Shown: positions 47,854 through 57,424, counted from the first letter of the stretch. The stretch: DNA of 64,000 bases from Vulcanimicrobiota bacterium (GCA_050250895.1 JBFWNU010000001.1:3392139-3456138), one strand, 5' to 3'. The notes: a model not told the origin generated them from the letters alone. A program made the numbers and translations.

Positions 47854-49281
47854 CTAGGCCAGGGCTAGCTGGCTCTGCATCAGCCGCAGGGTGGTTTCAG
47901 TCCGCTGCGGGCCGTGTTGGCGGCCCAATTCTTGCACCGAGCTCTCTCCATCCAGGGCCGCCGCGAGCCTGGCCTGGTCGCCCTCCAGACGCTGCATCAG
48001 GGGCCACCCACACTCGTGCACCAGAAAGGCGTGGCCTTCACGATGGTCGGTGTACATGCTCACCCCCGCTTGGAGGCTGGGCCGCCAGTCGGGGTCGGGC
48101 CAGCCCGGGTCGTGAGCCGCGACCAGCGCGTCAAGCCAGGCCTCGATGCGGGTCGAGCCCTGGCGGTTGAACAGGGGTAACTCGGCCAATATCGACCAGC
48201 CTGGTAACCCCGGTTGTAGGCGGCGTATGAAGACCAGACCTTGACAGAGTTGATGAATGCCCTGCTCGGTGTAGCTGTCCAGGTAGGCTCGGTATTCGGC
48301 GCAGAACTTGGGCCAGGGCAAATTCTTGTCGATGTGGCGGTCGATGTAGTGATGAAGGCTGTAGCGGGCCCGCTCGAGCACCGCGATGCCCCACCCCTCT
48401 TGTCCCCCCAGCCAGTCCTGCAGCCGCTCCAAGTAGGTCCCTGCCCGCATGATCGGATAATCGAGGACCATCACGAAGGTACCGTGGTCGGCCAGCCTTT
48501 CGGGCAGGCCCCTTACCAAGCGTTCCGAGACCATCTCGCCACTGGGTCCGCCGGTTCGATGCAGGGCCATGGTGGGGTTGGGGGTGGCCACGAAAGGCGG
48601 ATTGGCGGTGATCAAATCAAAGCTCTGTCCGCTCACCGGCTGGTAGAGATCGCCCTCTACGAACTCGCAGTTGGACAGCCCGTTGAGCGCGGCGTTGAAG
48701 CGAGAATAGGCGAGGGCTCGAGGGTTGAGGTCGACGCCCACCACCCTCTCGGCGTGAAAGCCGGCCAGGATCGCATGCACGCCGGAGCCGGTGCAAAGAT
48801 CCAGGACCCGGCCCACGGGCCGTCGCGGAGTCAGACGGAGCAGGCTGAAGCTGTCTGCTCCCAATTGATAGACGTGGCCTGGCTGGTTGCTTCCGGGCAG
48901 AAGGGCAGGGTCGGTCACGATCAGGGCCTGCTCGACCGGATAGATATCGACCCTCGCTTTGAGGCCCCGCTGGTTTTCTTCGAGTAGCCCCAACTCCAGA
49001 CCCAGCTCGACTAGCGCTCCGCCGAGGCACTCTTCCACCTCGGAGCGCCGCAGGCGTCGGCGAGCAAACCAAAGACCGGCCATCCTGGCCACCGAGGACT
49101 GGTCGCGGTCGAGAAGCCAGCTGAGCCCTGGCAAGATGCCCAGCTTCGCCATGGGTAACTCGTCGAGTTCGAGCAGGCGGCAGAGGGCTTCTTCACTGTA
49201 GCCGAGTCCCTGGAGTTTTTGGCGAAGGTCCGGAATGAGGGCCCTCTGTTGGGAAGTAGGGGGGTGTTCCAGCGGCCGCAT
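47854..49281 (-). CDS. Class I SAM-dependent methyltransferase (HemK/MTS-like)
   Basis: VLDLCTGSG, VDLNPRA, ANPPF. Confidence 0.85.
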   Translation of the reverse strand: MRPLEHPPTSQQRALIPDLRQKLQGLGYSEEALCRLLELDELPMAKLGILPGLSWLLDRDQSSVARMAGLWFARRRLRRSEVEECLGGALVELGLELGLLEENQRGLKARVDIYPVEQALIVTDPALLPGSNQPGHVYQLGADSFSLLRLTPRRPVGRVLDLCTGSGVHAILAGFHAERVVGVDLNPRALAYSRFNAALNGLSNCEFVEGDLYQPVSGQSFDLITANPPFVATPNPTMALHRTGGPSGEMVSERLVRGLPERLADHGTFVMVLDYPIMRAGTYLERLQDWLGGQEGWGIAVLERARYSLHHYIDRHIDKNLPWPKFCAEYRAYLDSYTEQGIHQLCQGLVFIRRLQPGLPGWSILAELPLFNRQGSTRIEAWLDALVAAHDPGWPDPDWRPSLQAGVSMYTDHREGHAFLVHECGWPLMQRLEGDQARLAAALDGESSVQELGRQHGPQRTETTLRLMQSQLALA

Positions 49282-49384
49282 GGAAGAGGGTTGGCGACAT
49301 CCGACGGGGCTCCTCTAATTACACCGGGGCGTCGCCCGGGACTTGGGCCGCCGGCCTGAGCAAGCAGTTGAGAGGTAGGACCCC

Positions 49385-49705
49385 ATGGACCGACTGGACT
49401 ATTTTGAGGAGAACGGCTATTTCGACGCACTGTCTGACGCTGAACTCGACGCTTTGCGAAAGGCCCGCGACGACTATGGCGAGATCAAAGGTGACCTGCA
49501 GGCCCTGGTCTCCAAATTGAAAGGCAAGGGCCCCGCTCTGGAATTGCTGTCGGAGTTCTTGCTGCACGCGGTGGACCGCGCGGTCGTGAAAGCCCACGCT
49601 GAATTCTGCTGCTGTCTCGAACTCAAGAACGACGAAGTGCGCAAGCTCAACGCTCGGATCGACGAGCTGGAATTGCGTTTGGCTCAGCTGCTCAAAAATC
49701 CGTGA
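49385..49705 (+). CDS. Hypothetical coiled-coil protein
   Basis: RBS-like GAGGTAGGA; 106-aa helical ORF. Confidence 0.7.
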   Translation: MDRLDYFEENGYFDALSDAELDALRKARDDYGEIKGDLQALVSKLKGKGPALELLSEFLLHAVDRAVVKAHAEFCCCLELKNDEVRKLNARIDELELRLAQLLKNP

Positions 49706-50595
49706 TCGGCGAGTTGCCAGGCGGCCAGCTCATCGGCCAGGGCTAAGGCCGCAGGGCTGCGGCGCTGGCCCGTCGGCCAGGTCACCCAGAGGCGGTGGAC
49801 GATGGCCACCGGCGGGCTGGCCACGATGGCCAGGCTGCCGGCGGCCAGGCGATCGAGCACACAAACCAGCGGGATGACCGTCGCCCCCAGGCCGGCCTCG
49901 GCCAACCGGATGGCTACCTCGAGTTGATTGGTCTCGGCCACGATGCGACGGGGATAGCCGCGCGTGGGCCAGCCGTCGATGGCTTCGCCGCTGCCTTCGG
50001 GCACCCGCGGCACGATATAGCCGAAGTCTCGCCAGTGGCCCGGCTCGCACCCGGCGGCCACGATCACCGAGGGGGCGTCGGGACCAGGCTCGGCCTCGAG
50101 GCCAGCCCGGGTGGGGGGAGTGGCCACCACTCCGAAGTCGAGCTCGCCCGCCAACAAGCGCCGCTCCATGGCGTCGGGTTCCATGGCCAACAGCTGGGGG
50201 CGCACCCGCGGGTGGTCGGCCAACAAGCGGGCGCACACGGCCGGCAGAATATACTGGCAAACCGAGTTCGTTCCACCCACGGCTACCGGGCCCGCTGGCC
50301 TGGAGCGGTCGGGCGGAGCAACCCGCTCGGCCAGTTCGTCGAGGGCCGCCAGCAGATTCTTGGCTTCTGAGGCCAGGGCGCTGCCGGCCGGCGTCAGTCC
50401 GCGCAAGCGGCGGTCCCGCACGATCAACGGGCCGAGCTGGCCTTCGAGGTTGGCGATGGCTTTGCCCACCGCTTGCGGAGAGACGTGCAGATACTCGGCT
50501 GCCGCCTGAAAACTGCCGAACTCGATCGAGGCCAGGAAATACCTCAATCCGTCGATGCTCAAACTCGGAGAAGAGAGAAACTGGGCGCTTTTCAC
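49684..50595 (-). CDS. LysR family transcriptional regulator (start uncertain)
   Basis: LRYFLASIEFGSFQAAAEYLHVSPQAVGKAIANLE, LTPAG, GELDFGV, AGLG. Confidence 0.88.
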   Translation of the reverse strand: MKSAQFLSSPSLSIDGLRYFLASIEFGSFQAAAEYLHVSPQAVGKAIANLEGQLGPLIVRDRRLRGLTPAGSALASEAKNLLAALDELAERVAPPDRSRPAGPVAVGGTNSVCQYILPAVCARLLADHPRVRPQLLAMEPDAMERRLLAGELDFGVVATPPTRAGLEAEPGPDAPSVIVAAGCEPGHWRDFGYIVPRVPEGSGEAIDGWPTRGYPRRIVAETNQLEVAIRLAEAGLGATVIPLVCVLDRLAAGSLAIVASPPVAIVHRLWVTWPTGQRRSPAALALADELAAWQLADHGFLSS

Positions 50596-50692
50596 AACTA
50601 GAAGTTTCGATATTAGCCAAGAAAATACTGCTTGCCTCACATTGGCGCGATCGGATAGGCTCTGCCTGCAAATCGCAACCAAGGAGTCCCTC

Positions 50693-51754
50693 GTGCCCAC
50701 TAAGATTCTGATGCTTATCGGAACCCGCCCGGAAGCCATCAAGATGGCTCCCGTCTACCAGGCTCTGGCCGACGATCCACGCTTTGACGTGCGCCTGGTC
50801 TCGACCGGCCAACACGGCGACCTGCTAGCCCAGGCGCTGGCCACCTTCGGCCTTGTGCCCGACCTCGATCTCGGCCTGATGAGCCCCGGCCAGTCGCTGG
50901 GGCAATTGGTCGGCCGCATGTTGTCGGCTCTCGACACCGTGTTTGAGCGAGAGGCTCCCGATCAGGTGCTAGTCCATGGCGACACGGCCACCGGCTTCGC
51001 CGGAGCTCTGGCCGCGTTCTACCGCGGCCTGCCGTGTGCCCATGTCGAGGCGGGCCTGCGCAGCTATCGGCTGGACGCCCCCTTCCCCGAGGAGTTCCAT
51101 CGCCAGGTGGTGGCCAAGGCCGCCTCGCTGCACTTTGCCCCCACCGCCGAAGCAGCCGCCAACCTCGAAGCCGAGGGGGTCGACCCGGCCCGCATCGTCA
51201 TCACCGGCAGCACCTCGGTGGATGCCGTAGCCAGCGTGTTGGCGCGCCGCCCGCCGCGGCAGAAATTGGTGGTGGTCACGGCCCATCGGCGCGAGAACGG
51301 CCGAGCCCTGGCCGGCATCCTCACGGCCGTGGGCGAGTTGGCCCAACGCTATCCCGACCATCGCTTCGTCTTTCCTCTGCATCCCAACCCGGCCGTGCGG
51401 GCGGCGGTGGCCAGATATCTGCCGGTCGCTCCCAATCTCGAGTTGTGCGAGGCGCTGGCCTATCAAGACTTCCTGCCCCTACTAGCCCAGGCCCGTTTGA
51501 TTCTGACCGACTCGGGAGGCATCCAGGAAGAGGCGGCCTTCCTGGGCAGCCGCGTTCTGCTGCTACGGGACACCACCGAGCGGCCCGAGGCGGTGGCCTG
51601 CGGGAGCACCCTGGTGGTGGGCACTACGCCCCAGGCCATCCTGGCTGCGGCCACAGCCGCCCTCGAGCAAGACGCGCCGGCCCTCGGCTCGAACCCCTTT
51701 GGCCCTCCCGGCGCCGCCCGCAAGATCGCCCAGAGCCTTGGGGTGGCGGCATGA
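50693..51754 (+). CDS. wecB: UDP-N-acetylglucosamine 2-epimerase (non-hydrolysing)
   Basis: GTRPEAIK, TGQH, HGDT, HVEAGLR, PFPEE, HRREN, TDSGGIQEEA, TERPE; AAGGAG RBS. Confidence 0.93.
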   Translation: MPTKILMLIGTRPEAIKMAPVYQALADDPRFDVRLVSTGQHGDLLAQALATFGLVPDLDLGLMSPGQSLGQLVGRMLSALDTVFEREAPDQVLVHGDTATGFAGALAAFYRGLPCAHVEAGLRSYRLDAPFPEEFHRQVVAKAASLHFAPTAEAAANLEAEGVDPARIVITGSTSVDAVASVLARRPPRQKLVVVTAHRRENGRALAGILTAVGELAQRYPDHRFVFPLHPNPAVRAAVARYLPVAPNLELCEALAYQDFLPLLAQARLILTDSGGIQEEAAFLGSRVLLLRDTTERPEAVACGSTLVVGTTPQAILAAATAALEQDAPALGSNPFGPPGAARKIAQSLGVAA

Positions 51755-52452
51755 CCCGGGCCCTGGTGGTGGTAGCCCACCCTGACGACGAGACCCTCTT
51801 CTTCGGAGGCACCATCGCCTCGCGACCCGAGGTGCAGTGGGAGGTCGCCTGTGTCACCGATGGTGGCCCCCGGGCCGCCGAACGGGCCGACGAACTCGAA
51901 CGGGCCGCCGCTCGCCTGGGGGTGACCCGGATTCACCGGCTCGACCTTCCCGATAACCCGGCCCAACGCCTCGACCTCAAAGTTCTGGTCCCGCGCCTGC
52001 GCCGGTTGGGCGACTTCGACGAGATCTACACTCACGGCCCGCTCGGCGACTACGGGCATCCCCACCATCAGGATGTCTGTCTGGCCGTGCACCGAGCCTT
52101 TGCCGGCCACCCCGGCTTGTGGACCATCGCCACCGGAGTGCTGCCCGAGCGCCTGGTCACCCTGAGCCCCAGCGCCTTTGCCGTGAAGGCCGAGATTATG
52201 GCCTCGATCTACGCCCACGAACACCAACGCTTCTTGCTGGTCCTACCCGTGACCGCCAGCGAGGGCTTCGTCCGCGTGGGTACCGAAGAAGTCGAGGCGC
52301 TGCATGGCTATCTCAGCGGTGGGCGTCGGCTGGCCCGCGGGCGGGTGGCCGTCTACAAAGACCTGGTACCGATGGTCGAAGCTGGCTCAGTCGAGTCGTC
52401 GGCCCACGGCTTCTTTGCCGCCTACCAGTATGAGACTGTGGAGAGACGGTAG
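51751..52452 (+). CDS. PIG-L/LmbE family deacetylase
   Basis: AHPDDE and GDYGHPHH; ATGA overlap with wecB. Confidence 0.88.
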   Translation: MTRALVVVAHPDDETLFFGGTIASRPEVQWEVACVTDGGPRAAERADELERAAARLGVTRIHRLDLPDNPAQRLDLKVLVPRLRRLGDFDEIYTHGPLGDYGHPHHQDVCLAVHRAFAGHPGLWTIATGVLPERLVTLSPSAFAVKAEIMASIYAHEHQRFLLVLPVTASEGFVRVGTEEVEALHGYLSGGRRLARGRVAVYKDLVPMVEAGSVESSAHGFFAAYQYETVERR

Positions 52453-52545
52453 ACGGTAGTTAGAGTTGGGGGCGTGACGGTCGTCACATAGCTTCTCTCT
52501 TTGCGGCGCTAGACTGTAGCCATTCCACCAAGGAGAGAGAAGCCG

Positions 52546-52785
52546 ATGCACATCCAGCCGGGACAATTCGAAACCCCGCAGTTCAAGGTGCCTCACAAGC
52601 CCTGGAGTTCTAACACCGAGGTCGCCGGCGGGGGTTACGCCGCCGACCCCATCGACACCGTGACGCTCGCCCAGGCGTCCACTCCCTCGCCCACGGCCGA
52701 CCTGAGCAAGATGACCCGCGAGCAGATCATGGAGATGTTGCGGAGAATGCGGCCGTCCGAAGGCGGCCGGACCGGTTACGGATAA
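52546..52785 (+). CDS. Small hypothetical protein (79 aa)
   Basis: AAGGAG RBS; DTVTLA motif. Confidence 0.6.
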   Translation: MHIQPGQFETPQFKVPHKPWSSNTEVAGGGYAADPIDTVTLAQASTPSPTADLSKMTREQIMEMLRRMRPSEGGRTGYG

Positions 52786-52806
52786 GCTTTGTAGCGCAGA
52801 AAAGAC

Positions 52807-52833
52807 AAATCCCTCGCCCCGGCGAGGGATTTT
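52807..52833. terminator. Bidirectional intrinsic terminator
   Basis: AAATCCCTCGCC-CC-GGCGAGGGATTTT between the convergent small gene and the tRNA. Confidence 0.75.
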
Positions 52834-52840
52834 CAATTGG

Positions 52841-52918
52841 TGGTCGGAGTGCGCAGATTTGAACTGCGGACCTCTTGCTCCCTAAGCAAGCGCTCTAACC
52901 AAGCTGAGCTACACCCCG
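52841..52918 (-). tRNA. tRNA-Pro, anticodon AGG
   Basis: CGGGGTG/CACTCCG acceptor, GCTC/GAGC D-stem, CTTGC-TTAGGGA-GCAAG anticodon arm, CGCAG-TTCAAAT-CTGCG T-arm, encoded CCA; 78 nt. Confidence 0.93.
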
Positions 52919-52938
52919 GTGGCGCATACTATAGCATC

Positions 52939-53352
52939 CTACGAGGTACGCGTCAACCGTTGGCGAAGGTCGAGCATCGAGGCGCTCCAGTCCTCGAAGT
53001 TGCCCGATTCTTCCCACAATTCGAGCAGTTCGCAGGGGCGTCGCTCGACCCGGTCGAGGGCTTGGAGAGCGGTGGCTACCAGCCCGGGTTCGGGCTGGTC
53101 GTCGTGCTCGTTGACCCACTCGATGAACGACTCCCGCAGCACATCGGCCGGGGGCGGGTTACCCTTAAGGCAGGCCAGCGCCTCGGCCGCCGCCACGGCC
53201 CGGGCGGCGGTCGGCTGTTCGAGGTAGTCGCGGCAGTCGATCACTTCCCGGAGGGTCTCTTCCACAAAGGGAAGGCCCTCCGAGTCTTCCAGGTCCAGCA
53301 CCCAGTCGCAGGCGCTGTCGTTCTGAAAGCTATGAACTCCCCAGGTTCCCAT
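52939..53352 (-). CDS. DUF4259 family protein
   Basis: MGTWGVHSFQNDSACDW, AVAAAE, ELLELWEE. Confidence 0.8.
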   Translation of the reverse strand: MGTWGVHSFQNDSACDWVLDLEDSEGLPFVEETLREVIDCRDYLEQPTAARAVAAAEALACLKGNPPPADVLRESFIEWVNEHDDQPEPGLVATALQALDRVERRPCELLELWEESGNFEDWSASMLDLRQRLTRTS

Positions 53353-55088
53353 CAGCAGCTCGAGATCGGCACCCGCACCAGTTTATTGCCGCGGGCGACA
53401 GCTTTGAAGATGCTGCCGTCGTGGCTGGCGAAGATGCTCTGGTTGCTGTCGGCGATAGCGTTGCTGCCTTTCATGTCGGCGATGCCGCGCATCTCGGCGT
53501 CAAGGTCGGCCCGGTCGTGGACGAAGTTCTTCAGCTTGCCGTCGGCGCCAAAGACCAGCGTCACGCCGTTCTGGGCGTCGATGGTGAAGCCTTCATAGCC
53601 CTCCACGCCGACCACGGGAGCCTCTTCGGTGTAGCGCAGGCTGAGGAACTGCTCGCCGGCTTTGTTGGTGTGCACGTCGAGGGTCTCGAGGTTGGCGCCT
53701 TCGGGCAGGCCCAGCTCCTTGGCCTTAGAGGCTACGAACTCGGCCGCCTGCTCGGGGTTGAGCGGCTGGTTGAGCTCGAGCTTGGGCAGGGCGGCCAGGC
53801 GGGCTTCTTCTTGCTCGAAGTCGGCCGGGGTCACGATTTCGCGCTTGAGGAAAGCCGACTTGATGGCCTCGGCATAGTGGCCGCCGTTCTCCTGGTCGGC
53901 CCGGATCATCCCCAGGGCGATCTCTTTATAGCGGGCTCGGCTCGACGAGCCCGACTCGATGGCTTTGACCAGGGCCGGCCCGGCCACATCGGAGGCCGTC
54001 TTGAGGGCTTCTTGCGGGCACTGACGATCGTCGTAGATGGCCTTCATGTAGATGTTCTCGAGAACATCGTAGAAAGCTCCCGAGAACAGGCGCGAGAACG
54101 AGTGCACCTCGCGGCCCAGGTGATCCTCGTCGCCACGGCCCGGAGGCAGTTCGCTGGGATCGACATAGGTGAAGCTGTTGAGGGCCGTGCGCAACCAGGT
54201 CTTGTGGTCGTCGTCGGGGTTGCTGTTGTCGCGCTTGGAAGCGGCGCCAAATTCTTCGGCCAGGCTCGAGAGCACGTTGTGGTGGCGCAGGCTGCCGCCG
54301 GTCTGCTGCATCAGCTTGTCGTTGGAGTTGGCCTCGTCCAGGCAGTAGAGCATGGCGGCGCAGTCGCCGAAGGCTTCGTGGAAGCCGCCGGTTTCGGGGT
54401 CCCAGGTGCCGAAGAAGCCGGGGCGCAGTCCGTCGAGCAGAGCGTGGCCGGTCTCGTGGCTCACGATGTCGGCCGAGTTGGCCGTGCGCACGTGGGCGTT
54501 CAAACCGGGGGAATCGAAGTAGAAGAAGTTGGTGCCGCCTTCCCAACGGCTGTAGTAGGCGTTGCGGCCCTCTTGCTTGTGAGGAGTGACGTCGATCGAC
54601 TCACTGCCGAAGGCCCAGTCGATCTTCGAGCCGCGGTAGCGCTCGAACAGGTCCAGCGTCTTGTAGGTGGCGGTGAAAGAGTTGAGCTGGGCGATGCCGT
54701 CCGTGTTGGGCGCAGCCAGGTAGTTGCCGTTTTCATCGGCGCGAATGACGGTCCGGCCGGGGTCGGTCACGTGGACACGCGGGCCCGACAGGTTCTCGCC
54801 GATCTTGCTGCGCTCGAAGTCGAGCAGGATGGGACCACTCACGAACGGGTCCTGAGCGTAAACGTTGACTTTGATGTTGGGGGAGGGAGCGGGCGGCTGC
54901 TGGGGCGGAGGATCCTGAGGGGGCGGATCCTGGGGCGGAGTCTGGCTCGGCGGTTGCTGCGGGGGCTGCTGGTTGCTGAGCTGGACCTGGTCGCTGGGCG
55001 CGCTGTCCTGGCTGGGTCTGGGCGCAGGCTTATGGCAGCCGCAGGCACGGTGAGATAGGGGGGATACCGAGCTGGTGTTGATGTTCAT
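53352..55088 (-). CDS. Zinc metalloprotease (M4/M36 gluzincin-like)
   Basis: NAYYS, HETGH, GGFHEAFGD, EVHSFS; Pro/Gln-rich N-terminal linker; GGAGG RBS. Confidence 0.85.
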   Translation of the reverse strand: MNINTSSVSPLSHRACGCHKPAPRPSQDSAPSDQVQLSNQQPPQQPPSQTPPQDPPPQDPPPQQPPAPSPNIKVNVYAQDPFVSGPILLDFERSKIGENLSGPRVHVTDPGRTVIRADENGNYLAAPNTDGIAQLNSFTATYKTLDLFERYRGSKIDWAFGSESIDVTPHKQEGRNAYYSRWEGGTNFFYFDSPGLNAHVRTANSADIVSHETGHALLDGLRPGFFGTWDPETGGFHEAFGDCAAMLYCLDEANSNDKLMQQTGGSLRHHNVLSSLAEEFGAASKRDNSNPDDDHKTWLRTALNSFTYVDPSELPPGRGDEDHLGREVHSFSRLFSGAFYDVLENIYMKAIYDDRQCPQEALKTASDVAGPALVKAIESGSSSRARYKEIALGMIRADQENGGHYAEAIKSAFLKREIVTPADFEQEEARLAALPKLELNQPLNPEQAAEFVASKAKELGLPEGANLETLDVHTNKAGEQFLSLRYTEEAPVVGVEGYEGFTIDAQNGVTLVFGADGKLKNFVHDRADLDAEMRGIADMKGSNAIADSNQSIFASHDGSIFKAVARGNKLVRVPISSC

Positions 55089-55219
55089 CGAGTCCTCCGA
55101 TTTTTAATCCGACCCGCGCATCATTCCATGGCACCTGACGGCTTGTGTTAACTGTGTGTAAAGTTTGCCTTGGCTGCGGCTGTTGATAATCTGTTGAAGG
55201 CTTTGAGCATACTGCCAGT

Positions 55220-55423
55220 ATGAACAAAGACGATTGTATTCTAGTGCTTCGGCGCGCCTTTGGCCTGGACGAAGAGACAGCAGAGCGAGTCTTCGTCAGG
55301 TTTAACGAGAATACGCCGCCCAAGCGTGGCTATCGGGGGCTTCAGCACGTGATGGAGAGCTTGCTTCGGCACGTCTATGAAGAGACGCTGGGCAGCGTCG
55401 AGTCGATCGACCTGGCTTCTTGA
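55220..55423 (+). CDS. Small hypothetical protein (67 aa)
   Basis: CATACT -10-like element 6 nt before ATG; plausible helical protein. Confidence 0.5.
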   Translation: MNKDDCILVLRRAFGLDEETAERVFVRFNENTPPKRGYRGLQHVMESLLRHVYEETLGSVESIDLAS

Positions 55424-56094
55424 GTCTGGCCGCCGAGCGCGGTGTTGAGGAAGTCCTCGAACGGGCGCTTGGTCCTGACGTGAAAGACGGGCACGCGCTC
55501 GAGCTGTTCGGGGGGGAGTCGGTAGTGCTCACAGACCAGACTGATACGGGGGTCTTTGATTTCTCGGCGGTCGACCTCGGTGACCTCGTGGCGTAGCTTG
55601 CCCTGAAACTGAAAGAGCAGGTTGGTCTTCGGTTGGATGGTGGCCAGCGGGCGATAGCGATGCAGAATGAGTTGGCCGCCGGCCAACCCGCTGGGCACGT
55701 CTACGTAGAGCACACTGACCTTAAGCGGATAGGGCGGCATGTCGGGAACCGTCCAGGATTTGAGGCTCCTATCTACATGCGGGGCCACATGGCCGCCCTC
55801 ATAGATGACCAGGGGATTGAGAAAAAAGGCGTTGCCGCGAGGATGGAGCACATCCCGTAGGTAGAGGGAGAACTCAGGAAAGTGGGCTTCGACCTGCTCG
55901 AGCCCTTCGCGCCGGAACGCCACCGAGAAGCCGAGTGTGCCGGCAAAGCGCGCGTTGAGGGTCGAGGCGGAAAGCAGCGGATTGGCCATCAGTTTTTGGC
56001 GCAACTCGGCCAGCCAGTCGGCCGGATAGGCCTCTTCGAACTGGCGAAACGGGCGAAAAAAAGAGAGCTTCGGATCGCCTCGGGGCATTCCCAT
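55375..56094 (-). CDS. 2OG-Fe(II) oxygenase
   Basis: HVD...VSVLY...GGQL...HEV...RISLV; the start could be 56142. Confidence 0.8.
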   Translation of the reverse strand: MGMPRGDPKLSFFRPFRQFEEAYPADWLAELRQKLMANPLLSASTLNARFAGTLGFSVAFRREGLEQVEAHFPEFSLYLRDVLHPRGNAFFLNPLVIYEGGHVAPHVDRSLKSWTVPDMPPYPLKVSVLYVDVPSGLAGGQLILHRYRPLATIQPKTNLLFQFQGKLRHEVTEVDRREIKDPRISLVCEHYRLPPEQLERVPVFHVRTKRPFEDFLNTALGGQTQEARSIDSTLPSVSS

Positions 56095-56140
56095 GGATTC
56101 AACAGGAAATTTCTCGACCCTTTGGAAGTAGCCCCGGCCC

Positions 56141-57424
56141 ATGCGACTATCGCCCGATACCGTCGAGTTCGTGCTACTGTCCTTCGAAGGCCCTGACCTC
56201 TACTCATTGGTGGGCGGTCTAGGTGTGCGCGTTAGCGAGTTGGCCCACTGTCTGGCCGAGCAGGGCTATCGCACCCGTCTGTATTTCGTGGGCGACCCTC
56301 ACAAGCCCCATATTCAAGAAATGGTGGGCGGCAAGCTCACCTATCATCGTTGGTGCCAGTGGCTCTCGGCCCTCAATCCCGAGGGTGTCTACACGGGTGA
56401 AGCGCGCAAAGCGTCCGATTTCACCAACTCTTTGCCCGACCATCTCATTCGCTTCGTGCTGGCGCCCAACGCCGAGCACGGCAAGACCACCGTGGTCCTG
56501 GCTGAAGACTGGCACACGGCCGGAGCGGTTTGCGGTCTGTCGCGAGCCGTTTTCCGCGAGGGTCTGTCGCGGCGCACTCTCATCATGTGGAACGCCAACA
56601 ACACCTTCGGCTTTGGCGGCATCGATTGGGAGGCCCTGCGCCAGGCCTGCGCCATCACCACCGTGAGTCGCTATATGAAGCAGGTGATGCAAGAGGTGGG
56701 AGTCAACCCGCTGGTGATTCCCAACGGCATTCCCAAACGCTGGCTCGAGCCGGTAGATAAAGCCGTCACCCAGAGTTTGCGCAAGCTGTTTCCTGATGTG
56801 CTACTGGCCAAGGTCGGGCGCTACCACCCTGACAAGCGCTGGCTGATGGCGGTCGAGGCCCTGGGCGAGCAAAAGCGGCTCGGGCTCAAGCCCAAGATGG
56901 TCATTCGCGGAGGCTCCGAAAACCACCGCATCAATATCCTCGAGAAAGCGTGGCAGCAGGGCCTGGTCTGGAGCGAAGTGGTGCTCGACCGACCTTCGCC
57001 GGCGGCTATCGTCGAAGAACTCAAGCGTCACGCCGAGGCCGACATTCTCGAGTTGCGCTTCTTCGTGCCGGAAGAGTTCCTGCGCTGTCTTTACGCGGCC
57101 GCCGACGCCACTCTGGCCAACTCGGGCCACGAACCCTTCGGCCTGGTCGGTCTCGAGGTGATGGCCTGTGGCGGGGTCGCGTTCACCGGCTGCACCGGCG
57201 AAGACTACGCCCATTCCTTCAACAATGCGGTGGTCATCGGTAGTGACGACCACCGCGAGATCACGGTTTACCTGCGCAACCTGCTGCAAGACCCCAAGAC
57301 GGCTCGACAGATTCGCAAGCTCGGTCAGGCAACCTGTCCTAACTATCTCTGGGAGGTCGTGGTCGACGAGATGTTCCGCAAGATCGAGTTTGTGGCCTGG
57401 ATTCGCGGGGTAGACCTCGACTAG
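56141..57424 (+). CDS. GT-B glycosyltransferase (GT4/glycogen synthase-like)
   Basis: GGLG, EDWHT, TVSRY, IPNGI, EPFGLVGLEVMACG. Confidence 0.85.
   Translation: MRLSPDTVEFVLLSFEGPDLYSLVGGLGVRVSELAHCLAEQGYRTRLYFVGDPHKPHIQEMVGGKLTYHRWCQWLSALNPEGVYTGEARKASDFTNSLPDHLIRFVLAPNAEHGKTTVVLAEDWHTAGAVCGLSRAVFREGLSRRTLIMWNANNTFGFGGIDWEALRQACAITTVSRYMKQVMQEVGVNPLVIPNGIPKRWLEPVDKAVTQSLRKLFPDVLLAKVGRYHPDKRWLMAVEALGEQKRLGLKPKMVIRGGSENHRINILEKAWQQGLVWSEVVLDRPSPAAIVEELKRHAEADILELRFFVPEEFLRCLYAAADATLANSGHEPFGLVGLEVMACGGVAFTGCTGEDYAHSFNNAVVIGSDDHREITVYLRNLLQDPKTARQIRKLGQATCPNYLWEVVVDEMFRKIEFVAWIRGVDLD

Noticed and set aside
52786-52938. tRNA-anchored genomic island
   Set aside because: No integrase and no duplicated tRNA 3' end (att site) seen in the window.
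53421-55058. 545-aa plus-strand ORF (similarly 59666..60964, 36841..38385, 22208..23449, 5459..6598)
   Set aside because: Antisense shadows of well-supported genes, expected from GC-rich codon bias.
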